DNA of 64,000 nucleotides. Origin: Octopus sinensis (taxonomy: Eukaryota). The stretch lies in assembly GCF_006345805.1 (NCBI RefSeq), contig NC_042998.1, positions 32,860,001-32,924,000 of the forward strand, written 5' to 3'. The first letter of the stretch is position 1. Each line of letters opens with the position of its first letter. Shown piece after piece: positions 39,052-53,817 of the stretch. Both the position numbers and the translations under genes were made by a program. The notes beneath the pieces were generated by a model. That model was given only the letters and a program-made list of their open reading frames with translations. It ran no database searches and was not told the DNA's origin.

Positions 39052-39349
39052 TTTGTTGTTTGTTCCTTCTCGAGCCATCTCTGGCTCATAAGGGCCGGTT
39101 TCATGGTTTCTTTGGCGTATAGGTTCCCCACCTGAACGGGTCGCAGGTGAGCTACAAGATGCAGGAGGAAAGAGTGAGAGAAAGTTGTGGCGAAAGATTT
39201 AGCAGAAGTTCGCCATTACCTTCTACCGGAGCCGCGTAGAGCTTAGGTGTTTCGCTCATAAATACACACACCACCCGGTCTAAGATTCGAACTCGCGATC
39301 CCTCGACCGCGAGTCCGCTGCTTTAACTACTAGGCCATGTGCCTCCACA
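39052..39349 (-). mobile_element. SINE family C with TSD
   Basis: Matches 32716-33031 and is flanked by acaatgattctgtaatg (about 39035 and 39347). Confidence 0.88.
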
Positions 39350-40533
39350 ATGATTCTGTAATGGCAACTGAACTTAAGCAGCTTATGATGGAATGCAACA
39401 CGTAGAGCAATCGTCATCATGCTCGAAAGTAGTTCTAATTATATTCGTTATTATTCATCGTTTTATTAAAACATTTATCAGGGCTCCTTCGAAGTTCGGT
39501 ACTATTTTTGCCGGGGGGAAAAAGATTTTCTTCAATATTTTATGTTAACGCTAATTTTGAATTCGATTTCTCTCCAGAGAAAACGATACTTTTGAGTTAA
39601 TTTTTTTCCTTTTATTTTAAGAAAAAAGTTTCTGTATAATTTTTGCATTATTTTTTCAATATTCTATATTAACAACATTGATTGTGAATTTGAATTTTTT
39701 AAAATGAATACCTACTGGTGTCTTTTATTTATTGGAATTCTCGGCCGAAAAAAAAAATACCGAATTATTTTTGTTGAACGACAAAATACGTATTTATTAC
39801 AATTAAATATATGCGAATATATTTTCCTTTCACTCTTAGTTGCTTATTTCCCGAATAAAAATCTATATAATTTAGTTTCCCTGAATAAGGTATTTCTTAG
39901 ACAAATCAATTGTCTCAAGGACAGTGTTTCTTCCGACAAGAAATTTGGGAAACAATTTTCTAAAGTAGATTTTGTGCGTCTGCTTTTTCAAGCAAAAATT
40001 GCAAACGGCTGACTTGAATAAGAATATTGTGTGCATTTATTTATTTATTTATTTATTATTTATTTATTTATTTGAAGAAGGTAGCAATACAAAATGTTTG
40101 GGAAGGCCTGCGTTGATGAACATTTTGCTACTTGTGTCAAATTTCTGCCTTGCCGTAACAAAATCTTCTTGATAAAACGAAATCTGTATACAAACCACTG
40201 CTGGTGGAATTAATTATGCTTAACTATAAAAAAAAAATTAGTATCCTCTACAACTAACAGAATTTATTAGTAAAAGAGTTTCAGAAATATGTTACGTGAG
40301 TTATTCAAATATAAACAAGTTTTATAAATGGTAAAAATTAAGTCTCCCAAAGGATCAAATAAAATATTAAAAATAAAGAGAAAGGAGATGAGATTTGTGA
40401 CATGCATGCAATTTTTCATTTGAAGAGAATTAATTTCTGTTGAGATTCCAAATTGGTCTGTAAAAGAAATGCACGATGATTTTAATCACTGTATGTAGGC
40501 ATGTAGACATACATTAACGCACATACACATAAA

Positions 40534-40605
<72 letters not shown>

Positions 40606-40676
40606 CGCTATGGGCTCCGTGTGAGCAATCATCTAAAAGTTTTTTGTGCATTTTGATGTTGACATAAGTTCCTTGC

Positions 40677-40759
40677 TTTTCCTGATGAGAAAGCGACATA
40701 ATGTACTCCTTATTCCTTCGCAATTAGGAATATGCAGCCTTCGAAACATATGTCGAAAA
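40677..40759 (+). ncRNA. Type I hammerhead motif
   Basis: ttttc CTGATGA gaaagc...gccttc GAAA catatg TC gaaaa, with a 5-bp stem I, palindromic ACATATGT and a GUC site. The element starts at (TA)n. Confidence 0.82.
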
Positions 40760-40963
40760 TAAAGGAATTTTGTTAATTCGTCGTTCAGCTCCATTCTTTC
40801 ATATATTTATATATTTTTAAAATAAACATACAAATTTCCTCACGAAAGCACGTAATCTATACCCTAGGCACGTTACTTCAACCGTGTTTTTTCTGATGTG
40901 AATTTGCTACCCAGGTATCGGTTAATTCGAATTATCCTTAATAAGATAATTCATTCAACTACT

Positions 40964-41015
<52 letters not shown>

Positions 41016-41695
41016 ATATATATAATATATATATATATACATGTTCTAGACTTTGGGGTGTATGTCTGCATCACATTAGTTGGTGGAGAAATGAATTGAA
41101 ATATCTGCAACCGGAAATTGTAACTGCCACGCTGTTCTGTATTTATTCCTTGTTTTACAACAACACTAAAACTTTTGAAATGCAGAAATAGTAAATGATA
41201 TTTGAAAAAAGAAACACATGAAGCATTACGATTAAAGAAGATCTTTTTCTGATTAGATGAAAACAACACAAACGATGATTATAATGCAAGGTGATTGTTG
41301 TTAATTTATAGTTTGGTGCAAGCTTTCTCGTTTTATTCTCATATAAAAATCTCATTAATTCAGAGATATTGTCAACGGAAAAACGCTGATACATTAATTG
41401 ATAAATTAGCTGTGTTGTAGGAAGCTTTGGTCTCTTCTTTCATTACGAAAAAGAAATCACGTGCATATTTCGTGAAAGAATAATAGTCGAATATGACACC
41501 AGGTCGATGGAATTACACAAGGTCGCTTAAAACCCTGTCACCAATAGGAAATCTAAGAAAATTTCAATGTCTGTCTTAGCGTTTTTCTAGAGTATATAAG
41601 TTTCTGACTGGTTACAATAATCAAACTGAGCGTTAGAAAAGGCATTTAATCGGCAGTAGTTACAAAGTGACTCAAGGGCCGAGAGTTTATGCCGT

Positions 41696-41727
<32 letters not shown>

Positions 41728-42405
41728 AGTGTGTGTGTGTGTGTGAGTGTGTGTGTGTGTGTGTGTGCGTATGTATGTATGTAGGTAGGTAGGTATGTAT
41801 GTATGTGTGAATGTATGTAGGTATTCACACAAAACATTTAATTTACAGAAGTTACAAAGTGACGAAAGGACCGAGAGTTTATGCCGACTATCAATAAATA
41901 AATGCATGTGTGTGTGTGTGTATGTGTTTGTTTTTGTGTGTGTACGTGTATTTTCTCATGTTTTGATTTCGATTTTTCAGCTCGTGTCATCGCCACACCT
42001 AAACATACTCACGCGTGCGTACAGACACACACACACATGTATACGTACGCGAGAGCAAACGAACGAATGAAGTAGCTCTTAACATAACCGGTTGGTGTTA
42101 CATGTGTTCTATACTGATGTGTACACTGTCAAGAAAATTCTTAGAAATTCCAATTTTTATATAATTTCATTAAAATATGTCTTTCAATCTGGCTTAAAAC
42201 GTAAATTCTATTGTTGAAGATTTCAACTACAGAAAAATAATATAATTTCACTGCAAGTTTGTTATATTGCACTGCAAGATAGCATTTTATAACGTATCTG
42301 TCTATACTGCATAACTTCAGAATACTGCAAAGTTTATAACATTTTCTACCAAAACGTTTCATAAGGTATGTATTACAATTATATCAAAATTTGTTGCAAA
42401 ACTCG

Positions 42406-42487
<82 letters not shown>

Positions 42488-43465
42488 TTGAGTTCCGGAT
42501 AATTTACACGTGTTGACTTAGTTTCTTGATAACGTTCGCAAAAAATGGGTATTTTTTAATAAAAATTTCTATAAATATATTTCAGATATTATAAATTGTA
42601 ATTGTGTTTGAATCTCATGAGAAAAATAATTATTATTTTGAAAAGCAAATTACTTTCGAGAATTCTACCAGCCTTTGTCAAAAATTCTCTGAAAGAAGAG
42701 TGTCTTTAGAATTGTGAGAATAATGCTAGAACTAATTATTTTATACTGCTATGCCTGTAGAGTATATCTCGAACCAAAAATTCTCCGGTAGCACTGCCAG
42801 GCCAAGAATTTCTGCTGATTATCTATAGACCCTGGACCGAAATAACTCCCGACCAGATCAACGAACTGATTCTCTAGTCAGCTAAAAAATACCACGTAAG
42901 TTTATGAACCCTTAGAAAGTACATTACAATAATCTGACATACCCAATTGCTAAGATTTTAAATTCTGGACTAAACTTTGAGCCTTACATTGCCAACGTAA
43001 AGGATAAGTCCAATAAAAGAGAAATAATTAAAATTGATGATACATCCGCTGACCACAAAACCTCCTCTACCTACGAACTACCTTTCCATAGACAAATTGA
43101 AACATAAGCTAATGACCTAAAGCTAACACACTTAAATATGCACACCTGTTTTAAAAGTTTTACGTGCATAAATAATTTCTGGGCAAAAATAATCCCAAAG
43201 TTAATCGATAAGAAATTCTCCGCAACACCTTGCCATTACAGCTCACCGTAGAAACCAATTTTCATTTCATTTCAATCCCGAGAAACACCAGGAAAATTTC
43301 CTCTCAACTGATTCCATATAAAACCAAGGTTAATTTATGCATCCGAGGATAAGGTTCAGCTGAACGTATCTTCAAGTCACTGTCATTACAATTCTTTTCA
43401 AAGAATAACATATTTATAATAAATCTCTGAACGAGGTGTAAACAGTAGCTGCACGACAACGTGAA

Positions 43466-43810
43466 GTATATTTGACACTTAAATGTGGCTAACCACTAAG
43501 GGTGGGTGCTACTGTAGCTTGTAGCCCCAGGAGAACATCTTCTCCGGCTGGCTATTGACACACTTTCTGTGCCCTATCAGTATTTGCAAAGGGAAGCCAT
43601 CATTCCCATCGTCGACCTGACGTGATACGCACGGACCCGAGTTTCTGAGTATTTACCCGTCGTCAGCGCACGATTGCTTCCCTTTGCAAATGCTGATAGG
43701 ACACAGAAAGTGTGTCAATAGCCAGCTGGAGAAGATGTTCTCCTGGAGCAACAAGCTACAGTAGCATCCACCCTTAGTGGTTAGCCACATTCAAGTGGCA
43801 AATATACTTC
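43466..43810. mobile_element. Fold-back PLE-like end (~130-bp arms) with an HHR in the loop
   Basis: Arms at about 43466-43597 and 43676-43810. Confidence 0.82.
43628..43672 (-). ncRNA. Type I hammerhead motif, slightly degenerate
   Basis: Reverse complement: cgugcg CUGACGA cgggua aa uacuca GAAA cucggg UC cgugcg. Confidence 0.7.
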
Positions 43811-43894
43811 AAAATGATATATTTGTACTCTGCAAAAGTATGGAGTAACCTTAAGATTGATTTAAATTAATAAGCATTAATATGTGTGTATTTA

Positions 43895-43929
<35 letters not shown>

Positions 43930-44914
43930 ACACACACACACACATATGAACAAAACATTCAAACACTGACAATTGAAATCAGATGTCACTACTGTTAATA
44001 TCATCTGTGGATAAAATCTAAAACTGATGATATCAACAGCAGTGACATAGGTGGATCGCAGGCAAATAGCATTATTAAGCTATAATATACAAAATTTGCA
44101 CGAAGCGTAAAGATGCCGAAAAGCATCAACCTGCTAGAAATAATAGGTAAAGTCTTAAGCCACCGTAAAGCACCAAGATAACTGATAAATAGCAGTAGGT
44201 GAGGAAACAGAAAGAATTAATATGTATATATGTATGCATGTATGTATGTATGTATGTATGTATGTATGTATGTATGTATGTATGTATGTATGTATGTATG
44301 TATGTATGTGTGTGTCTGTATGTATGTATGTATGTTTACATATCTATATATCTGTAGTGTCCGTGAACTCTTCTAGTGCTCTCTGTACACCCGGTAGCAG
44401 GTCTTGTTTGTTTACAAATGTTCGTGTGCGTACATATATGTATCCTCGTTAACACTAAGAATGTTCACGCCACTTCCATTATTACATAAAAAAAAAACCT
44501 CACCGCCGCTTATGGATATAAATTTTGAATTCATCTCAACTTTCTTAACGTGAATTATTGAATTCATGTTAACTGACACTTTGAAGAAAAATTTCATAAA
44601 TAAGTTGGCGATAAATCAATATTTACACTAATCGAACGTGGAAAAAAAACATTCAAAATTATCGGCAACAACATCAGCCATAGCGCTGATGGTGATGATA
44701 ATAAAAATAAAAATGGTGTCAAACTTTGGCACAAGATCAGCAATTCAAAGAGGGGGTGAATAATCGTTAACATCGACCTCAGTACTCGACTGGCACTTTA
44801 TTTCATTGACTGCAAAAGCGTGAACAGCAAAATATTAACCTCGGATGTGTTTGAACGCCAAACGTAGAACGCTCGAACAATATGCCGCTAAGCAATTTTG
44901 TTCGATTCACTATC

Positions 44915-45338
44915 GTTTCTTGTTTTTTTATTGCCCACAAGGGGCTAAACATAGAGGGGACAAACAAGGACATACAAACGGATTAAGTCGATTATATCGA
45001 CCCCAGTGCGTAACTGGTACTTATTTAATCGACCTCGAAAGGATGAAAGGCAAAGTCGACCTCGGCGGAATTTGAACTCAGAACGTGAAGACAGACGAAA
45101 TACCTATTTCTTTACTACCCACAAAGGGCTAAACAAAAAGGGACAAACAAGGAGAGACAAACGGGTTAAGTCGATTATATCGACTCCAGTGCGTAACTGG
45201 TACTTATTTAATCGACCCCGAAAGGACGAAAGGCAAAGTCGACCTCGGCGGAATTTGAACTCAGAACGGAACGGCAAACGAAATACCGCAAAGCATTTCC
45301 CCCAGCGTGTTAACGTTTCTGCCAGCTTGCTGCCTTAA
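44915..45338 (-). mobile_element. SINE-A dimer
   Basis: Junction gacgaaatacc|tatttctttactaccc at about 45095-45120. Confidence 0.9.
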
Positions 45339-45399
45339 TAATTATAAGATTTCTTTCAAACTTTCGCTAAAGTTCAACAATTTGTGGTGGTTGGAAGGA

Positions 45400-46560
45400 T
45401 CGGATAGACGATTACATTGGCCGAAGCAGACAATGTCTCTTTTGAGTTCTTTGTGTCATATATGCCACACATCCTCTTTTTCCATAGCTACCAGATAAAC
45501 AGGCAAAAACTGCCTGCCTTTTGCGACCAAAGGAAGGTGATGATGCGACCTTCAACCTGGAAGCGGCCGAGAGATGGACTCATTTGGCGCATGAGAGACA
45601 AATGTTTGGCATTAACTTCACAAATCAGCAATGCTCAGGCCCTGGTCAAAAAAGTGCAGGGAAGTTCTGTCTTGTGTATGCATCCCGGCTGTCGACACTA
45701 CCATGCCAGTAGGACATGACAGATTAAGGATTTCTGGAAATCAGCTGTGGGATCTGGACCGAAATTCCCCCGGGACAGACAAGCCAATTGATTTTTGTCA
45801 ACGCTCCGAATCTCTCTAAGGATATCGCCACATTTGCTTGTCACTAATTCCCTGTAGAACGCTATGGTGGAGCAGTGGGCTATGGGCGCCTGGTGACAGT
45901 CTATGTATCAGGTGCCCGGTTTAAATCTACAACTGGATCCAGGTCTGCAATTTCGTCAAAGAGATCAGTTGTGAAAATGTGAGACTGACAAACGACAACT
46001 ACACCTGTTTACCATGAAAGAAGCGTTGGAGATGTCGCACGCTCATCAATGCCCGGTCCATCTTTCAATAACAGCTTCATCTCTGCCCATTTGGACGTTC
46101 GCTTTGACCACTCAGCAAGTACCACTGTATATTGGAGTGATTCAGCCTTTCGAAACGAGTTCGAATTTGATCGCTTCTGGGACAGCTATCAAGTAGCGAT
46201 GGTGGACCCTGTCAAACTCTTTCGACTTAAAAGTGCCAGATTTGTTTCCCGCTTGCTGCATAATGCATCGCATCAGGTAGAGGCTGCTGTAGATGGATCT
46301 ACTGGAGATCGCACGGGTATATACTTCCTCGACCAAAACAACGATGATAAGCGCCAATCTCTTTGCTAATGCCTAGTGTAAAATCTTAGACTCTGCATTT
46401 AACTGGCTTATGAATTGGAAATTATCTTTAATAAACCGTTTGTTGACATCCTTTTTCTGTAGCGTTAACACGTTCCGAATATTATAACTGAGAATTCTCT
46501 TTCTCTGCTGCCACTTGTAAACCTTTACATAGAAATCAAAGCTCCTTCTATGATGTAAGA
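45400..46560 (-). mobile_element. Older, internally deleted relative of the Tx1-like LINE
   Basis: Minus-strand QLNAESKIL..LAKRLALII..RSIYSSLYLMRCI..KSKEFDRVHHRYL aligns to the ORF at 197-511. Confidence 0.8.
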
Positions 46561-46617
46561 ATTATCTGGTATATATGTGTGTGTGTGTGTGTGAGAGAGA
46601 GAGATAAAACGTGCTCT

Positions 46618-46667
<50 letters not shown>

Positions 46668-46954
46668 GTATATATAGCACGTCAATTTATAGTGTTAATT
46701 TATTTATTTAAATAGACATAATGTCTAAAAGTTGATGAACCACGTATTGATTCCCTCCATTTTCTTATTGCTATATAAATTAATGGTAAAATAGCTCTTT
46801 ACCTTCACCCATTTAGTACACTCGGTAATGTAATTTCAATTCAATAAAAACACTTGTGTATTAATAATTGGATATTCTACCAGCAGTATATTGGATAGAT
46901 ATTATCTTTTAGTTGGTTAGATTCACAACCTCTAACTTACTTGGAATATATATA

Positions 46955-46989
<35 letters not shown>

Positions 46990-46993
<4 letters not shown>

Positions 46994-47700
46994 GCACATG
47001 TTTTTTTGACACTGGAAAGGAAGCATAATATTTGTACAGCATTTATGGCAATGATATGCGTGTAAAAGGACAACGAGAGAACATCAGATAGTGTGAGGCC
47101 TAGCATTTGTAGCAACTTTAAGGATGTTATTTGTGTATTGGCGTTGTGTTGTATTGGTGCGGGGGAAACACTTTTCTTTGGTATTTGAAGCAACAATGTT
47201 GCTTTTCAAAGAGACTGCCTTCTCAGTTACGAATAGAGGATATGTGTTTTGGAGATTCCCTTCCCGTTCATAAGGGCAGTGCAGGTTAGTGTTGTGTGGG
47301 TTGCGTACGGATGACACAAGGCTGTGTAAAGGTAACGTGAAATAACGCGTGGTATCATCTACACAGCATCGTTGATATCGAAGTGAGTATTAGAAGTTTC
47401 TTGATATACTAGAAATACGGGAGAGATAGTTCGTCCGCAGTTAGGGTTAAAGAGGCAGCTCTTCTCGATAATGGAATGCTGTGCATTATTTATGATCAAA
47501 CATTTAAATGAACAAAGCTGCTTGATTGAAATTTATATGACTCGTATTCAGTCGAATGACAGTCTAAGCTTCCGAAAATCCTCTCAATTTTTAGCTGCTC
47601 CGTCTGAGGATTGAATTTGTGGAATTAATGTCGCGTGGGTTTCCCCCAGAAACGTTCAACACTTTAAGTTTATTGCTTAAAAATTTAATAATGTAACCCG
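46990..47700 (-). mobile_element. Highly degraded LINE RT C-terminal fragment (Jockey/CR1-like)
   Basis: Minus-strand VDDTT and MLGLTLSDVLS...HIIAINAVQILCFLSSVKK. Confidence 0.45.
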
Positions 47701-47788
47701 AAGCTTAACGATAGCAATGTTAATGTATAAACAAAATAAAGGAGCCAATATCTATATAGATAAGATTATAAGCACATTTGTAGGTGTA

Positions 47789-47832
<44 letters not shown>

Positions 47833-48771
47833 GGCAGATGTGTACTATATATATACGTACGTAAATCTGCGTGTAGGTAAGTAGGAATATAGATTTATCT
47901 GTATATGTTTGCAGATGGGTAACTTGCTAGGGTCATTATGTAGTCTTCTTATCTATGTATGCATATAGATACGTAGGTAGTTTGAAGGGAATTTATTTTC
48001 TTTCTGTTATAATTTCGAAGCAGTGACAATCGAATTAATTCAACATTTTAGTAAGAAGAGGATAAAATATTTAAAAGAAAAAAAAAAAAAAGCAGCGGAT
48101 TTGTCTAAAACAATTTATTAATTTGACATATTGACAATATAAATGTGAAACGTGACAGCTCTCTGAAATATTTTATTTCTCTTACATTTTTCTTTTTTCC
48201 TTACATAATTTCGGAGTTTCTCTTTTAACGTTTCTTGCTTTGTGTATTTTGGAAACTTTCTGTTTTATTATTGCTGGAAATATTAATCTATCATTGTGGT
48301 TGTTTTTATTGTTATTCGTATTGATGTTTACGTCTATAGTTTTGACGTTCTCTTTATTTTCGATTTTGCTTCGGTTCTGATGCTATTTTCGGTGCGAGAT
48401 GGAAAGCTTCGACTGGTTGCAATATATTGAGCAGGCATTGATTTTGTTTGGCAAAATGAGCTGACATTTGGACTTGCCACCTGAGTTTAATGGAATCCAA
48501 TTGTATTTCGATATTAATCAGTTGATCGAGACCAGAGGTAACTGAGCAAAAAGTTCGGCTAGAACAACTATGGAATCACTTCTCTAACCTATATTGACAG
48601 ATATGCTCGCAGAACTTTTCAATTGACTCCGCTTCCACTTTCTCTCTCTTTACCATCTTCATTTCCTCCTCCCTTATCTCTTTACCATTTCTTTGTAGTT
48701 ACATATCATATACATCTCAGAAAAATACATGCACACGCACACTAACACACAGACACCTATATGCACCTATA

Positions 48772-48862
<91 letters not shown>

Positions 48863-48884
48863 ACAGAGTATATAATATTTTATA

Positions 48885-49915
48885 ATAATTATAATAAGGG
48901 CAACTACATCGTACAGTCACATGTTAGAAGAAGATATCAAATGACTCTAAAATTACTTTATTTATCACATATGATGTTATATCCCTAAACTAGAAATCAA
49001 TTGATCTACGGCTAAACTTTTTGAAAATTCTTTTTCGTTCATTTCCTACGCTTTCAGGCCGTGTCTTGTGTGATAAATAAAGTAGTTTGGGAGTCATTTG
49101 ACATCTTCTTCTAGCATGTGACACTACCCTGTAGTTGCCCTTACTATAATTATCATAAAAAATGATATACTCTGTTTAAATTTATACCTAAAAGATTTTA
49201 CATGCAAGCTACTTGATAAAATCCTCTATAGGGTTTATCCTTGATTATTATGATAATAACGATAAAGGCTTCCTTGTAGAAGCAGATGGACTGAAGAATT
49301 AAGGAGGGCGAGTCCATCTGCTTCTACAACTCTCTCTCCCTCTTCTCTTCTCTTCCCCCTCCTTACTTCTTTTGTTCCTCCTTTTCTTTTTCTCTCTCTT
49401 CTCTTCTCACGTAACCGATAGGCCAGACTGTCAGCCCTCTTTTTGCGTCTGACTGGTCACTGCCACATCGATATTCTTCCCTTTGTTTGTGAAAGTTTTG
49501 TATCTCTGCCGTAAGGCTTCATTTCCACACGCGCCAGCTGAATTCAATTCGTCCCAAGTCGAAAGACACCTGTTGTTATGTCTTTTATTATTATTATTTT
49601 TATTTTTATTGTATTTTCTATTTATATTCGTGTAACATCGTCTGTTTTTCTATCCTAGTTTTCATATACATTCGATGCTTTCTTCCAAGGAATCTAATGC
49701 TCTTAGCTTAGATTTTCCTTGGGGCTGGTCAGATTGGAGCAATCTCAAGATTAATCAGCCGAAATTGCGAGGATGATCCGATTCTTGACTGAGGATAGAA
49801 AGCTTCGAATGACCCGTCCATGTTTTTTTGTATCGTCTATCTGGATGTTTTGTTGTCCCTTTTTGTATCACCTAGTTGTCCGGATGTTTTGCGTTCTTGT
49901 CCCGTTTTGTATTAT
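48885..49915. mobile_element. Cluster of fold-back and PLE-like ends
   Basis: Inverted arms at about 48886-48948 and 49091-49153. Hairpin at 49274-49330. A 30690-family copy ends at (TA)n near 49915. Confidence 0.6.
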
Positions 49916-50759
49916 ATATATATATATATATATATATAATTTGTGAATAATCACCACTGTTTGTTGTTTGTATTTTAAACACCACACGGTAGTAGGCTTC
50001 TTCTAACTCATTGAATAATTTCAATTGATCGATGTCTTAAGACACACTGTATTGCATACGCAAGCTCCGATTGTAATTGTGTTTAGATTTTGTATGCAGA
50101 ACGTTTCCTTAAAATAATTTCTCTAAAGCAATTTCTGTATATTTATTATTTGACGTATCGTTCATTCAGTTTGTACCTAATAATCAAAAGAGAATCCGCT
50201 GTTTTATAAAGACATGAAATAGTTTTAAGAGTGCAGTTAAGTGAAACAGTGCATGCTAAGAGGACACTTGCATTGCCTTTGCACTACGACAAATCTCTTT
50301 TACATATCGTACTTACAATGTGATGTTTTTCGATTGCTAATCGTTAAAATAAAGCTATAAACGGAGCTCATAAAATTTTAGGTTTTTATAATAAAGTGAA
50401 AGAAAGACGTATTCCAAGAACAACTAGAAATTGCTGTATCATTTAGATGAACTTCCAGTTTCGTATAGAGCACATAAAATGATTTTTATCATAGATACAT
50501 TGTGAATTTAGTCGAATTAAGTGCTTCAGCTATACTGTATCGACACTGAAATGGTGAAAGGTAAAGTTTATCGCGATAGAAATTGAATTAGTAATTTTAT
50601 GGTATGAGTTCATATCCCGACCGTGTGAAATTTACTTTTCATTCTTCTGATTTAATAAAAGAACTACTGGTGTCGATGTAATCTACAAGACCCTCAAAAG
50701 CGTTGTCCCACCATGGCCTACTCCAATGACTGAAGCAATAAAATAATGGAAGTAAAGAA

Positions 50760-51105
50760 AATAATCCTTTCTACTATAGGCACAAGGCCTGAAATTTGCG
50801 GAGAGAGGATAATTCGATTACATCGACCCCAGTGCGTAACTGGTACTTAATTTATCGACCCCGAAAGGGTGAAAGGCTTTACTACCCACAAGGGGCTAAA
50901 CACAGAGAGGACAAACAAGGACAGACAAACGGAGTAAGTCGATTATATCGACCCCAGTGCGTAACTAGTACTTATTTAATCGACCCCGAAAGGATGAAAG
51001 ATAAAGTCGACCTCGGCGGAATTTGAACTCAGAACGCAGCGGCGGACGAAATACCGCTAAGCATTTCGCCCGGCATGCTAACGATTCTGCCAGCTCGCCA
51101 CCCTA
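50760..51105 (-). mobile_element. SINE-A composite
   Basis: A full SINE-A unit followed by a partial body. Confidence 0.85.
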
Positions 51106-53118
51106 AGTGACGAAAGTATGGAAATATGTGTACCGTTTGGTAGCGGGTTTAGTGAGGTAATGCTTTACGTAGTACAACTGGTGTTCACTTATTTTATTCT
51201 ATTTTATTGATTTTCTATTTTTGTTTTTTATTTTCTTCTATTTTATTTCATTTATTCATTGAAAAATAATCTAAATGGTCAACTTTTGCACAGCACTTAA
51301 GAGGAAATTGTCATTAATCATAGAGTTCTGGCCAGTGTGTGGGAGGATACTGGATAGACACAGGTGTGGCTAAATAGAAAAGACACAACAAGATGATTAC
51401 TGTCAGAGGGTTGCGAGGAAACGGTATGGATGCTGCTATTGCGAAAGACAAGGAATGGTACATAGTATCGCAAAACCAAATTAAATTCTGAAATGTGGAG
51501 ATTGTCTCTTATTTTTATATCTTTGGTTTATGCTGTAGGTATAATTTCATTTTCCCGTTAAACAAATTTGAGAAACAAACTACATGACTCGGGTTAGGTA
51601 TTTAAAAACAGAGCGACACACACATAAACACACATCGCTAGATTCGCTTTTGTTTTATTTCTCAACAATATGGTTAAAGTGTCAAAACGTATCGTAGCAC
51701 ATCTGTGACATGGCCATTGACATACAGATCTAATACAATACTGTTAGAAGTAAAACAAAAGTTACTGTAAAGTATTTTTAAAAGAATCTAACACAACGTA
51801 GACCATTCACCTTCAACCTACGGCTTCTAGACTAGAACAAACATACAAACAAGATTATTCTCGTTTTGTTTGTTGGTCATATGTTGTCTACATCTTACAA
51901 ATTGGTTTCGTGATATCACCCACCTATTTCTTGATAGTGTATCAATTTCAATACATTATAATTAAAAAGTAAAATGAAAGTTAGTGTGGTGGCAAATGTT
52001 TATTTTTAAATGAGATTTCCACAATGTTTTAGATCGAATCACTACAAATTTAAGAGAATTTAAGAGAATTACTTGAAATGGAAACTACGGCAGTTCTTAT
52101 CCACTGTTTACAAAGACTCATTACCATCTCATAAAGATGTATTAATTATACAGAATACCATTTTCGTCAATTATATTTGTCAATAAATTTGACCTCAAAT
52201 TTTGGCACGATGCCAGCCTTTCCTAGCGGAAGACTTAAGTCTATTAAATCAACCCCAGTATTCAACTGGTACTTATTTCATGAACGCCGGAACGAGCAAA
52301 GACAAAACTGATATAGGTGGAATTTGAACTCAGAATTTGAAGACGGACGAAATGCCGCTAAGCATCATTGTCGTTCCTGTTTTACTTCACCTGGCACGGG
52401 TTAGACGCGACTACAAGAGACACGGTTTTACGACAGTATGGCGACATTTTTACACACTCATTTTGCACAAAGAATTTCGGATTACTTATGATAAAATCCG
52501 GAGTATACACAGATTATTTATATGTACAAAATACACACACACACACACACACACATCTATATAGGTCAGCATGTATGTTCGTTCCAGTTTTGTCCCAAGA
52601 TAGCTTAAATTTCGCAAAGCGTAAACGCCATTACAAATTAATATATTTAAATCATATTAATCGTATTTAACGTTCCTTTGGATGAGCGTATCTCTTACTT
52701 CTTTCAGTCATTAGACATTGGCCATGCACACATGCACACAACAATAACACCAACACATACAAAAACCACCGTGAAATAGACACATAATCTCATCGCCAAT
52801 CATCTCAAACACATCATACAAACACGCATACACATGTAATATGCAAAACAAAACTAAAATTTCAGTAAAAGAATTACATACGAATACTTACAGGTACACT
52901 TTAATGAAAAACGATGCTCACGTTTTGTCACAGCTTTATACGGGAGCGTATGTACTTACACTCAGCGCTCCACACACATTTACACTACATGCAAAGGTCG
53001 GAACTCAACACTCATGCGCGTAAACAAACAAGCACATGCGCTCTCCAAAATAACACCTACACACGCACTTGACGTTCAAAACAGATATGCAGCTATATAT
53101 ATATGTATGTGTTTATAT

Positions 53119-53173
<55 letters not shown>

Positions 53174-53512
53174 CTACGCAATTTACGTTAGGCTTCTCTT
53201 TCCTCGCCTACTCTCTTAAGTTTGAAGTTCTTTTCTCCTTCTCGCATTCAAGTTATTTTCAGCAAAGCATAGCTTTGATGTTCATGGAATCGCTTTCTGG
53301 AACATAATTCCGTTTTTGTTTTTTCTCTTCTCATTTTTCCTTCTACACTTTGATGATGGCGTACGCCTGAAACGTGAATATATTTTCATTTATTTCTCTT
53401 TGGGCTTGACTCTAATAATAACACTTACCGCGTTTTGTTTTTGTGTTGTCTTTTCATGCACATGTATGTATGTATGTATGTATGTATGCATGTATGTATG
53501 TATGTATGTATG

Positions 53513-53544
<32 letters not shown>

Positions 53545-53665
53545 TGTATGTATGTATGTATATATAGGGAATCCAAACAAAGAAGGACAAACAAGAAAAA
53601 ACAATAACGCGAGGACGTGGTAGAAGTAATGTACCATCAGATGCTCATAAAAGGAAAGAAAGAGG

Positions 53666-53700
53666 ATTTAACGTTTCGAGCCAAGCTCTTCTTCAGAAAT
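53666..53700 (-). ncRNA. Minimal type I hammerhead motif (35 nt)
   Basis: Reverse complement: auuu CUGAAGA a gagc uug gcuc GAAA c GUU aaau. Confidence 0.78.
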
Positions 53701-53781
53701 AGAGGAAAGTACAAAGGAGGGGAAGACGGGGGAGAAAATCGCCAACGATACACAAGACTTTCTCACATTTTCTCCGTGTTC

Positions 53782-53817
53782 CTTTCTGTCGAAGAGCGTT
53801 GGCTCGAAACGTAAAAG
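53782..53817 (+). ncRNA. Hammerhead-fold motif with non-canonical CUGUCGA core
   Basis: cttt CTGTCGA a gagc gttg gctc GAAA c GTA aaag. Confidence 0.65.

Noticed and set aside
44845-45338. Recurrent peptide RLYRPQCVTGTYLIDPERMKGKVDLGGI
   Set aside because: Antisense translation of SINE-A, not a protein family.
45417-46369. Plus-strand ORFs with a faintly fibrinogen-like FDRFWDSY
   Set aside because: They are the antisense of a degraded Tx1-like RT on the minus strand.
49780-49820. CTGAGGA...GAAT motif (also at about 30771) as a hammerhead
   Set aside because: No GAAA and no consistent stems I and III in either copy.
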